Source of the DNA: Tricharina praecox
Lineage: Eukaryota
Assembly: GCF_024521635.1 (NCBI RefSeq)
Contig: NW_026250443.1
Coordinates: 62,001 to 126,000 of the forward strand
Length of the DNA stretch: 64,000 nt
Direction: 5' to 3'
Both the position numbers and the translations under genes were made by a program. Below are positions 52,651 to 64,000 of this stretch, piece by piece; the first letter of the stretch is position 1; each line of letters opens with the position of its first letter. The notes below the pieces were generated by a model that had not been told where the DNA came from, did no database searches, and saw only the letters and a list, made by a program, of their open reading frames with translations.

Positions 52651-53552
52651 TTAAAACGCCCAAGCCCCAAGCAATGTTCTTGCAGGCCGCATCGAAAAGA
52701 AAAACGTCCAGGCCCTGAGCAATAAAGTGGAGGCATTAGCATGGATCAGAGTGAGGCGAGAGGAAGACGAACGGGAGAGGATTGTGTGCCGAGTGGCATA
52801 TTGGTTTTTCTTGAGGGGATAGCTAAAAGCCATAAGGAAAGGAATATTGGAAAGTTGTGATGTTGTTAATGATGGAGAGGAGAGTAGAAGAGATGAAGAG
52901 TAGGGGGGGTGAGTCGATTCTTATAGGTGGGAGTGCGGGAGATTTCGCTAAAATTCTTGGCACGCACACACGATATTGTGACTTCAATTTCATGTTTGCA
53001 CTCGTCTTTGTGCGTTGAATTTTACAAGACTACACTAGCTGTTCGAGGTGCTGAACTTTCCTGATCGGGGCGACCACTCACACAAGATCTAGGAAATTCT
53101 CTTTGATGGCAAAACAAGTTTGCTCGTTCCCGTCACGTGGGAGTGATTTTCGCAGGGTTTAATCAACGTAGTTGCAAGGCACTAACGGCGGAGTCAGGAA
53201 CTCTGCAATCGGCGGGGTCCTTTAACGCCGCCCCAACCATAGACCGACAATATAGTAGCGACTACGCCCCCTTTTGACAGATCTTTGATGGTGTGAAAAG
53301 GCTCCTCCATCGACTTCGCAACGGTCGTTCACCAATAATTTGGGAACACGAGCAGAGACCCACAGCGACAAGTTCTAAAAGCAAAATGCGGGGCAAAGGA
53401 TGAGGGGCCGCATGGAATACAGCTTGGCGGAAGCCTGGCAATCGACAGCTCCTCTATATACAAGCCGTTCTCACTTTCTCCATGTATTTACTTTTCGGCA
53501 CACGCATGTTTCCGGTGCATAAAAATCCCCACTATTCTCGCACACAGCAACC

Positions 53553-54797
53553 ATGTTCTTACCCTTACCAACACCTCTCGCAATGAACTCTGCCACATCC
53601 AGCCCCACGAGCGATGCGATTCCCTCAGCGTCCGAAGCGCTGCGCGAGCAGTACGTGCGACCAGGCGACGTAATGTCAGTACTCCTCATCCTCGGCGCGG
53701 ATGTCGTTCAGCGTGCGCTCGCACAGCTTTCCGGCAGCCCGCTCACCCCGGTCGCGTTTTCGTTCGGGTGGGTGACGTACGCCATCGGCGCGCTGCTCGC
53801 CGCCGTCGGCGACAACAAGCTCATACCGCTGCCGGACTCGCCCGGCTTCGTCATCAACTCGAAGAGTCCGTACACGCGGCAGAACTGCTCATGGATCCTG
53901 GGACGCATCATTCGCGACTATGAGCACTGGCGACATCCCAAGATCAGGCGGATGGAGACGGAGTTCTTGGCGAAGGAGGGGCGTATCGGGCTCACGGTCG
54001 CCATCTACACGGCTAGCCGTAGTAAAACCGCGGGGGTCCCAGATCGTGACTGGTTGTACTACAGTGGCCTGCTGTGTGCTGTGTTTCAGCTGGGCATCGC
54101 CGCTATACCGTGGGCGATGTGGAGCGACTGGTCGATTCTGATGACCACCGCGATCGGTATCACCTTCGCGTTCGCGTCCGGCTCGCTGCCGCAGTGGAAA
54201 GTCGAGAAATACCAGTGCCGACGGAACACCGACAAGACCGTGATCCTGACGCGCGGCAACGGCCACAACAACGGGTGCATCGTCGTGATCGGCGACAAAG
54301 TGGGCCTGGACCTCGAGGACCTCGCGGGAGGACGGCGGGCCGAGATCGATATGACGCACACGCGAGTGTATACGAGCATCATGGCGCTGCTCTGGACTGC
54401 GCTCCTGATCGGCGTGTCGGGGCTGAAGGAGAATCCGTGGTTCCTGCTGGTGATCGGCGTGGTCGGCATGATCCAGAACGTGATCGTCTGCGGCGCCCCC
54501 CGGAAGCCTGGCGCGTTTGGCGTCCACCTCGAGTTTGTCGAGGCGATTGTCGAGAAGAAGGTCATGAAGGCGCTCCAGGTCTTGGAGGAGAAATATACGG
54601 ACGTGGGCAGTGCGCTGGTCGATACATATTTTCCCGGTGGCCGGCTATTTCCCGATGAGAAGCAGTATTGGAAGAAGGTGGATAATGAGAGGCAGGCTAA
54701 GCTGATTGCTAAGCTGGCTAAGCGGGCAGCGCAGGCAGCGCAGGCATCGCAGGTCCCGCAGGATTCGCCCGATCTACAGGCTCCACCGGCGGTGTAG
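53553..54797 (+). CDS. conserved fungal multi-pass membrane protein of unknown function
   Basis: Intact 414-aa intronless ORF with strong coding bias; PGDVMSVLLILGADVVQRALAQL, TPVAFSFGWV, NCSWILGR, LPQWKVEK, LTRGNG, GLDLEDLA, LVDTYFPG; start could also be 53583. Confidence 0.85.
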   Translation: MFLPLPTPLAMNSATSSPTSDAIPSASEALREQYVRPGDVMSVLLILGADVVQRALAQLSGSPLTPVAFSFGWVTYAIGALLAAVGDNKLIPLPDSPGFVINSKSPYTRQNCSWILGRIIRDYEHWRHPKIRRMETEFLAKEGRIGLTVAIYTASRSKTAGVPDRDWLYYSGLLCAVFQLGIAAIPWAMWSDWSILMTTAIGITFAFASGSLPQWKVEKYQCRRNTDKTVILTRGNGHNNGCIVVIGDKVGLDLEDLAGGRRAEIDMTHTRVYTSIMALLWTALLIGVSGLKENPWFLLVIGVVGMIQNVIVCGAPRKPGAFGVHLEFVEAIVEKKVMKALQVLEEKYTDVGSALVDTYFPGGRLFPDEKQYWKKVDNERQAKLIAKLAKRAAQAAQASQVPQDSPDLQAPPAV

Positions 54798-56097
54798 GCG
54801 GAGAACCACGACCTGGCGATTGAGATCAGGAAGGACTGTGTCGGATGTACTGTGGTGCAATTCGCTTGATGCATTCGTTTATTTCTTATATAAGTGCTAC
54901 GTAGGGCAAAGTGAAAGGGTAGTTAATGTAGTGCTCGCATTAAAGAGGTGGCGCGAAGGCCGGGGGAGCCGGCTCTGGCGGCGGAGGAGCGGAGGGATGA
55001 ATGAAAGTGTGAAGAATACGAGTGGGAGGAATAATTTAAGGAAACTGGTGTGAGAGGAACTTGGAAGAGACGCGAGATGGGCTTAAAAGAGAGATGGGCC
55101 GCTTTCCTTTATCTTGGGCGGTTAATCGTCGCTTGGTTTCTATCACCAGAATTGAATTCACGGTCCTGGACCAAGCATTAAGGCAGCTTGAACTTCAGTC
55201 CTGAGTTGCAGATTGCGGCATCATCCAGTGCGTGATATTAAAGTTCTCATTCATACCAGATTGACAATCGATATCCTGAAGAACTAGTCGACTGGTCGAG
55301 TGGGTTGGTAGTGATCGTGCATCAACTAGCATTCGCAGGCAAGTGTTTATGATTGCAGAATGGATGGCCCGAATGGCCCCACAGTTCCCGCAGCTGACCG
55401 CGTTCGCCTCAGTTGTGATTGGAGAATCATTGGCAGTGGGTGTACGTAGGGATAAATCTGCGACTAGGCATCCGTGCGTGGTATCAGATCACAAAAGCGT
55501 GATCTGCAGTATTTTCCATTGCGATCTTACCTACATCCATGTCTCCAGGTGTTCGCTAAACCCCACCCCAGGGACCCCACGGGCCACCACTGCAGCCACA
55601 CCTAAAGTCGACGGTGCCACAAGTGGCCTCCATGCTCTGGACTTCTGGTACGAGATGTGTACCAAGAGTGGAAAAACCCACTGTTGACGAAATATCGGCG
55701 CGATTCACTGTACAGGGTGCGCCTAAGCCGTGAGTCACGTGTACGGTGCACATAAAACGCTAGTGTCCACCTGGACTTGAATCGACCATCGTGATTGCGC
55801 TACGGCAAGTGTGAGGCTCCGAAACCTCTACAAAACCCCCACTGCTCTCCCACTCTTCTTCTCTCTTCATCCTCTCCGCTCTTCCTTTCTGTCGTCACGC
55901 TACAACCTCTCTACATCTGTCTTCACTCTACAACTATTCTCTTGCAGAAATCTTCACCGATCGACCAACCTCATTCACTCCTATCTCACACACCTCCTAC
56001 TTCAACACCCTTTGACTTCGATCGACACACCGGTTTGTTGATCCCCACTCTTGGATCGCGTTATTAAACTAACCCAGCGTCCCAGTACCCGCCTACG

Positions 56098-57300
56098 ATG
56101 CCCAACACCGACAGGTTGGAACAGAGTGGCCGAACAGTCGATCGCATGGCCTTCAACCCCCTGCAGGCTACTCCTAAGGAGACCCCGAACCCCCTCAGCG
56201 TGTACGAGGCAGCATCACCACGGTGGGCTGTCCTGGTGGGCTACAAGTCGGTCCATGTTGCCGAGCACGGGCAACAGTGGCTTCGCGAGTTCGATACTCT
56301 TCGCACCCTCGGGCATCCCCACCTGGTGCAAATTCAGCGTGCCCATAAGTGCACGGGCGATATTTACATGCTGGCGGAACCATTCTGCTATGGTAGTTTC
56401 GATCAGCTTCTGGGCCAGAGTGTCGACGACCTGGGTCTGGGGGAAATGACTATCAAGGACTTCCTCATTGAAACGGTGGGATGCCTCAGTTCGGCTCAGC
56501 GGTACCTGCACTGCAGCCGAATTGTGTATGAGAACATCCAGGGCGCGAACATCCCGGGGGCCCAGGCCCCCCTCGCCTAGTATGAGGGCAGCACCACCAC
56601 GGTGGGCTGTCTCTCTTCGGCTCTGCGGTATCTGCACCGCAGGCTGCGAATATTCTGCTCGAGTTTGACGATTGCGGCCCACAGGTCTACATCTCCGACT
56701 TTGGTCTCTATCGCCGGCGCAATATGCGCAATTCGACGAAACAACACACGAGACCGGCGAGCCTCTCAAGGGTTGGCAGGAGCCATCAGCAACCATCCCG
56801 CGACATTCAATCCCTCATACATCATCGAACACCCGTCGACGCCTCTCAGGGGTTGGCAGGAGCACCGATATATACTCTTCGGAATTTGTTTTCTCGAGTT
56901 GGCCTTCTGGGCATTTCCACGGTCCACCTCCAGTGGTGGGGTGCGGTATCGTGCATCCACGCACCATACTGGAGCGAGAGGGTAACTCCACAGGAGACCC
57001 CGATGTCCCGCGGCGAGCACGAGGGAACCACGACCACGGTGGGCTGTGTCTTTCCGGTTCTGCGGTATCGGCACCGCAGACGGATCTCGCATGAGGACAT
57101 ACAGGATGCGAACATCCTGGTGCAGTGGCCCGACCTCCGTCGGCGAGCACGAGGACAGCATCACCACGGTGGGCTGTACCTCTCCGGCTGTACGGTATCA
57201 GCACCGTAACCGGATCACCCAGGGGGAAATTCAGGGAGCGAATATTCTGCTCCAGTTGCTCCTGCATCCGTTAGCAGGACACAGGAGTTCCATGTGGTCA
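56098..57300 (+). pseudogene. protein kinase-like relic with an amplified alphaE/catalytic-loop segment
   Basis: REFDTLRTLGHPHLVQ, IYMLAEP, four copies of TVGCLSSALRYLH...HEDIQxANIL, frameshifted TDIYS/GICFLEL; stops and frameshifts. Confidence 0.7.
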
Positions 57301-57896
57301 CGCAATTGTGACTATCTATCAGCTCAAAGAACGACCTCCAATTGATTACACGCCCGAGGCCCTTTCTCGAGGTAAATGGGCCGAAACCTACAAAGTGGCT
57401 GTGACACCGTTCGACTGGGAGGGCTTCAACAAAATTATCAAGGAAGACGCGGACTCAGACTCTCCGCGCCAGGCAGAAGAGACTGGAGAGAACGAACTCC
57501 AGCTTCAACCCTGCAAGCCGCTATGGACCAAGATACCTCAGAGTAGGCTTGGGGGGCGGCAAAAAAGCGATTACAGAAGGACGACATGCGGAGGAAGGGA
57601 TACACTCCTAGCAATGGTGGACTTAGTCTACCGGATCATGGATGTGCCCAATAAACCTCCGCCGCAGGTCGGGGCGCGGTAGCATCTAAATGGGTGTTGG
57701 TCACTACGCCCCTAAATGTGGGCAGCCACATAGGTAGAACTAAAATCAGTTTTGTTGTGGTCGAGAAATAAAATCAGTTTTCTTGTGGTGAAGAATTATC
57801 CTAAGTCGAACTAACTATGAAGTTTTGTGTGGCGACCTTTGAGGATATAGGGGTCCTTGGGGGATATTCCGGCGCTGGAGGGGTCCCTGCGGATAA

Positions 57897-58445
57897 CAGG
57901 CCTGGGAATCGTCCGTCCCGTCCGTCCTTGGCTATGACCCGGACGAGACGGAATTTGCCGGGCCCGAAATATCAAGGACTATAGGTCTCCGGGCAAGCCG
58001 GAGGACGGCTGGGGCCCATTCGGGCCTGGAAATGTGGCGCTAGTACTAGCCTCAGTCAGTGGCGCAGTGGCGCAGCAGGCACGAATGACGCTAAGGAGTT
58101 GGCAGCACGGCGAGGAATAGACGACTATAGGAAGTAGACGGCCAAGAAGACACCTCTGCCGGCAGATCATACCCTACGTGCATGTCCGTTGCTCGCTGCT
58201 CAATTCCGTATCCGATCGGATGCAAAATTTTCATCGGCCAAAATATTCCGGACAGCCAGCACCGTACACTAGTAGCCAGCTACTTCCGCACTAAAAATTT
58301 CCGGGCCCCACGGGGCCCCACTCAGACCCCGGGCTTTTTGAACCTGGGACGGAGCGCGACTCGTCCAGTCAAATCCTCGCCCCAGACGGGGCGGTGCCGC
58401 CGGGCCCCAATAGTCTTCTGTCCGGACGGACTATTTCTAGGCCTG
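57897..58445. mobile_element. 549-bp non-autonomous hAT-type DNA transposon (MITE)
   Basis: 22-bp imperfect TIRs CAGGCCTGGGAATCGTCCGTCC / CAGGCCTAGAAATAGTCCGTCC (reverse complement of right end); identical 8-bp flanks GCGGATAA at 57889-57896 and 58446-58453; no transposase. Confidence 0.88.
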
Positions 58446-59079
58446 GCGGATAAACGCCGAGTAAATTGTCGTTGATGGAAAGCCGCGAGGCTGAGACGAG
58501 TGATATGCGTGAGCGGACAGGAAGTTCCGTCACCGGTGCAACTTAGATTCAACATGTATTGGGAGTAAATCCTGCGTTGAAACCGCTAAACTCTTTTGGT
58601 CCCAGTAAATAAAATAAAAAATAAAATAAAAAATACAGCGCCACAGTGCTCTGGGGATATCCGTTCAGGGGGACATCCTTCCGCAGACGCGTTATCATCA
58701 CCAAACATTCATCACGCAAGTACACACTTTCCGCGACGCCGATAGCACACTGTCTCCGCCACCAATCATCCGTTGGTAAGTTCACTGTCGTCTTCGCTGT
58801 CCGACTGACAGCTTCTGCTCTTTGGTAATTTCCTCGTCGTGGATACCACAGTTTCGCGTCGCAGATACCACAGTTTCGCGCGGCGGATAGATACCTCCAT
58901 GTCTGTCGACTCACCGCGAATACCATCGTTCAGAAAGATTTTTCTGTCCTCGATTCAAAGAAAGTACTCCGTTGGGGAATGGTTTTCGCGTTGCTATCAC
59001 GGGTTGAAGTGGAAGAATTGCAACAGATTTTTTTATCGAGAATGATTTGTCTCTTTGGTTCCTGTCGCGGCATTTTACT

Positions 59080-59765
59080 GAGTGCACGGGGTGATGCTGC
59101 TGAGCGCGGGGTGATGATGTTGTCTATATACTTTTTATGCTCCTGAACGCGCCGGGTGATGATGTTACCTACAAACTTTTATTCCAGTTCGAACTTCACT
59201 AAGCGCGCCCGGGTGATGCTGCCGCCTTCATACTTTTATTTGCAGTTCAAGGTGATGATGGTACCCACAGACTTTTATTCCAGTTCACTGATCGGACTGC
59301 GCGACGCTGTTGCCTATATACTTTTATTCTAGTTCACTGAGTGCGCTGAGTGATGCTTCTGAGCGCGCTTGGGTGATGCTTCTGAGCGCGTCCGGGTGAT
59401 GATGATGGTGCCTTCATACTTTTATTTACAGTTCAAGGCGATGCTATTGCCTATATACTTTTATTCCGATTCACTAATCGTACTGGGTGATGCTTTTGAG
59501 CGCCGGGGTGATGATGTTGCCTATAATTTTATTCCAGTTCACTGACCGTGCCGGGTGATGCTGCCACCTACATACTTTGATTTACAGTTCAAGGTGATGC
59601 TATTGCCTAAAAACTTCTATTTTCCAATTACTGAGAGGACTGGGCGATGCTGTTGCCTACATACTTCCATTTTCAGTTCACTGAGAAAACTGAGTGATGG
59701 TGATGTTGCCGCTGACTATACATGATACTTACGTTTCCAGTTCACTCGGCGCGCTAAGTGATGGG
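59080..59765. repeat. complex minisatellite with about 16 units of three length classes
   Basis: Consensus GGGTGATG(A/C)TGTTGCCTATATACTTTTATTCCAGTTCACTGAGCGCG; variants of ~21, ~40 and ~48 nt. Confidence 0.9.
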
Positions 59766-60306
59766 ACATACATGCCAAGTGATGGTGTCGCAGGTGAAGG
59801 TGTGGCAGTGTCAATGCCTGTGGGTGGTTAGTGTGCACTAGTGTTTCAACGCAGGACCGCATCCCCATGTGTTCCTCACGATCAAAGTCACAGGTCATCA
59901 TTGGCAGCAGACACGTCAGCTTTACAGCCACTACCAGTAACTTCAATTATTTCCGCACCGCCGATCCCCAGAATCCCAGCTTTCTAGATAGGTGTGTATG
60001 TAGTTTAACAGGAAAAGAAACCCTGCATGCTCCGACTCGCTTTCCTCTACCGTGCATGCATCGATCGTATCATCCCCTGTCCACCGCTCTTATCCGTGAG
60101 CCTATCCTCGCCTCTGGGCTGCGGCCCTCTTCCATCCAGTCCTACTTCGCCTATTCCTCAACGGACTACTTGATTTCGCGTACATCACCGAACATCACCC
60201 GCCCGGTGCCGTCCGGTAGCTGAGATTTCTCGTCGACCACTGGCGTCGCATTGCTATTCCGCGTCAGCTCGTTGCTCAATCCTGGTCTATATTGATAGGA
60301 GGGATA

Positions 60307-62514
60307 TTACCTATCAACCGCACCCTTCGCGGCATCGCCATCCTTAACCGCGATCTCGGACTCCCTCGTGAGCCTGACCGTTTTCTTCCAGTTGTCGACC
60401 GCGCCAGGCAGCCTTGCGACCTCCAAATCACACTTACTCCCGGTCTCATGCAGGAACACGTTTCCCTGACCGCGATATAGCTGTCCCACCGTACGCCACG
60501 CCTGATCCAGGAACTTCGGCGCCTTGCACGTAAAGTACAGCCAGAACACCGTAGCGACGGAGAGAAGGTGGAAGCCCAGGATCCCGCAGGAAATGAGTAG
60601 CCCCGTTATCTGGATTGGCACTAGCGAGGATTTTGTCATTTGCACGGTGCGCGTGACGAAGCGGTAGTCGCTCGTGTCGTTTTCGGCTGGGGCACCGGGG
60701 GTGGTGGCGCTGGCGGTGCTGGCGGGGTCGTCGGATATGTGCACGCCACGCCAGTCCTCCTGCGGGTTCGTCAACGAGTCGTAGAATACGCGGGAGGTGA
60801 GCAGGGAGAAAATCCCCTGCAGGCCGAAGGCGATAGAGCTGTTGGTGTCGTTATTCCACAGGTGGAATGCCAGCATGGCCACGTATGTATCCTCGAGCTG
60901 CTCAAGCTTGACGGAGTCATCGTAGCCGTCATCGCCCGCCTCGCGCGTCAAGTGCCCCGCATACCCGCCGCGGATCGTTTGTACCACGTGCGTGAACTCC
61001 TTGTACTCGGACACCGAGTAGTCGACAAGTTCCATGATTCCACGCTTGTCCAGATCCGGGCCACTCGATAGCTGCGACTGGATCGCGTTTGTGGTAGAGA
61101 CGTTGCCCCAGCGAGAGCTGTACTCTGGCTCGTCTGCCCGCGTGCCAGCCCGAGCTTTAATCGTCGCCATCGAATTCCCCGAGGCGACGACGCACAGCGA
61201 CATCCGCGTGCCGTATTGCGCGGATACATTGGGCGGGTCGGCGGCTGGACTGCTCCATTCGATGATCTTCGTCACCCACTCCGTCCCGTCGTAAACGTAG
61301 CCGGTGCGGTTGTACAGCTGCTGGACCAGTGGCTCGTCTTTTGCCATGCGGCCTCCGCCAAACTCGGTCCAGCCCGGCGTGATCTCGTCCATGATGAGGA
61401 ACCACGCGTTCGTAGGCGCGAGGAGACACGGCGTCGGGAAGCCGGGACATGGGATGGAGGCGGGGGGTTTCAGCGGACACAGCGAAACGCCGTCGACATC
61501 GCCGAGCGTGCAGTTGAAGTTCCACACCAGGTCTGCGGCAGGCTGTGCGCCGTTCCACCTGTACGAGCCCTCCGCCTCTAGCCGCGCGGCGGAGGCGTAC
61601 AGGTAGTCGGAGCGCAGCCGCCCAGTCACGCGGTCGTGCTCGGCAAGCACCAGCTCGTCAATGTCCGGTGAGACGCAGAGCACGTGCGCCTCCATCACGG
61701 CGCCGCGCCCGTGGTAGTACAGCAGCGATGACCGGTCCGATGCCTGTCCGAACTCTGGGTATGCCCGCACGGTAGCGCCCGTATCGCGAAGCCCGCGGCT
61801 CGTGGGGTTCTCAGAAAGGGCGAACGAGCGCCCGATTCGCTCCGCGAACCGCGGGAACGTCAGCGGTCGCTGCCCGAGCGGATCTATGGGCGAGGCGTCG
61901 AATATTTCTCCGACGTGGGTTTGGTAGGTTTCCTGCGACCGTGGCCCGCGAACGTAATCGAGGTGCAGATCGTGTAGGAGGATCGCCGAGAGGGCCTGCG
62001 AGAGAACCATCGCGAGCGACAAGAAGACGATCAGAATGACGATGCCGAAGTTCTTGCTGACGCGCGCGCCGCGGAAGACGGGAGACGCAAGGGTGAACGG
62101 CGAGCTGGCGGCGTAGCGGCGGATGGACATCGATGCGGCGTCCTGCAACAGCACGCAGTCCTTCTCGAAGGCAAGCGTCGCCATCATCAAGCAGCAGGTT
62201 CCCACCTGCACGGCCATGCACGTTCGCAGGATGGCGCTGAAGATGGCGATTATCGACTTGCACCAGCCGGTATACAGGATTCTAGAGCGAACGGAGGAGG
62301 GATTGTCGTTGACTGTCCATGTCCAGAGCGAAATCAGGGCGCCCACGACCAGAAATATGCCCATGGTGCTCACCAATAGCAGCGCTGGTTGCAATAAGCC
62401 GAATCGCTCCCGGAGTTTGTACCACCATGAGCTTCTTGCTACGGGATGTCAGTCACAGTGGCTTTTCACGATGCAATTTGAGTATTAAGATCCCCTACGC
62501 TGCGGAGTAGTCAT
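60307..62514 (-). CDS. ~715-aa fungal membrane protein of unknown function (N-terminal TM cluster, large lumenal region, C-terminal TM)
   Basis: Long intact ORF; a 16-nt first exon 62514-62499 and intron 62439-62498 give MTTPQPRSSWWYKL in frame; LLHDL, FPRFAE, DTGATVRAY, LDQAWRTVGQL motifs. Confidence 0.8.
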
Positions 62515-64000
62515 ATCGGTGGCGATACTATGGTGGGGGTTATTTTTAGGTTGCTACGTCTGCAACACTGATGCTTGGCCGGCGAAGTGGATGGTGAAGC
62601 GGAAGCCTTGAATGGATGGCAGAATCAAAAGACGAAAATGCCAAAGTTAAGAGAGGCAGTTAACGCGTGTGTATAGAAGAATAGGATAATTGCTTTGGAA
62701 GGGGAAGCCTATTCGGTGAGACTGAAAGCAACACCGAGTGCCCGAACGATATCGATGGAAAGTTATTAGCAGGATGGGCAGTGGGGAAGATATTGATGGC
62801 GGTGGGATGAGGCTCCAAGGACCTCCGAAGCGCAGTCAGCATGGTACAGTCCCAACTAAGCTGGTGCGGTGCAATCTCAGCCCAACGCGGACCAGCTGAG
62901 CTGGTGAAGTGATAATTTTGCCCGGTCGGCAGCTCGATGAGTCCAAGTCGGTGGTGGCGGACCAGATGCCATATGGCTACTCTGGGGTACACTGCACATT
63001 GAAACATGGATGCTACAAACGGGATCCTCGTCGGAGTGATGCGCTGGTATCATTGTATGGTTGCTGTCACAATGTCCCGTTCTCCTGTGGCCCTTTACTG
63101 GATGATTTCCGAGTCTGTCTCGAGCTGGTGCATTGTGCTTTTACTCTCTGGGAATCCGCTTTTCTCGGCATTTGTTCCCAATTCACTATGCCACGGTGAC
63201 CATCATCGTTGGTATGCACGCACACACGAATCAGTTCGATATGATTCGCAGCGACAAGTCAATGGGTGTCTTGCGTCAGCTCTGCGTTTGCCGCTACCTG
63301 ACAGTCCTGTCGCGTGCGGGGGTGCTGGAAAAGCTCTTTCGGCTGTCGTGTCAAAGAACGTGTGCGATGTAGGGCGCTAGAGGCTCGTGGTAGTCAATCG
63401 GGTTTGACCGCGCGGAGAACCGCTGGCACGGCCAAGCATGGCTCTCCCAGTGCCAAGCTTCCAGCGACGGGTCATCACGGCCCTAATTCGTGAGACGGGA
63501 AATGATTCCGATGCAACCGGGCCCTGCGTCGGCAGGACATTATTTACATTTTTTATGGAATAAATTTCAGCTGTCATCGTGTCCGTCCCTGTATGCACTT
63601 CGTTAATACTGATGGCGCGTGCGGTAGGTTCGAAGCGAAGGTTAGAACGGGTTCTCGCTTGGCTCCGAGGCATTGATCTACTCAAGGAAGATATTTGTGG
63701 CACATGTGGCTATCGAGACTCCCACGGCCAAGGCAGTAGGTAGCGCTCGAAGTACGCATCGATACAAGGTCAGTACGATTGCTTTAGTATCACCGTTCGA
63801 TTCCACCTTTCCATTCGACTTCACCTTTTCTTTCAAGATCACCCGTGTTCGCAACTTGAGAATTCACATCCCGCATGTGCTGCTACGTTGATCTTGGCGA
63901 ACGTGTATGTAGTGCACCGACTAAAAACTCGATCACCGGAGGCGAGAAGAGTCTAGATCTGCGGGCGCTCGCCATACCCAATCGTACCAATAATAAGATC

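Noticed and set aside
59080..59765. CRISPR array
   Set aside because: No invariant repeat with unique spacers, no cas genes, eukaryotic context.

Overview
This is eukaryotic DNA from a filamentous ascomycete (Pezizomycotina-type genes, short GT-AG introns with CTRAY branch sites; the exact taxon cannot be fixed from this window). It has two compartments. About 1-24 kb is a conserved, intact core: a 7x CCHC zinc-knuckle protein, SNF1 kinase, a Zn2Cys6 transcription factor, a NAT2/FAM210-like gene, an NDUFA12/NDUFAF2-family gene, an MFS monocarboxylate transporter, a calponin-homology protein, ERV25, a PEX22-like gene and an MBL-fold protein. About 24-64 kb is an accessory region with local duplications, decayed nonself-recognition genes (NACHT, HeLo-like+ankyrin, two HET-family relics), F-box genes, a Cys-rich secreted protein with one premature stop, a kinase relic, orphan ORFs, a 549-bp hAT-type MITE and a higher-order minisatellite. 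The best new observation is that two small upstream exons, not recovered as a cluster by the ORF track, give the Zn2Cys6 factor a second complete binuclear cluster. All family calls come from motif recognition by eye; no database searches were run.
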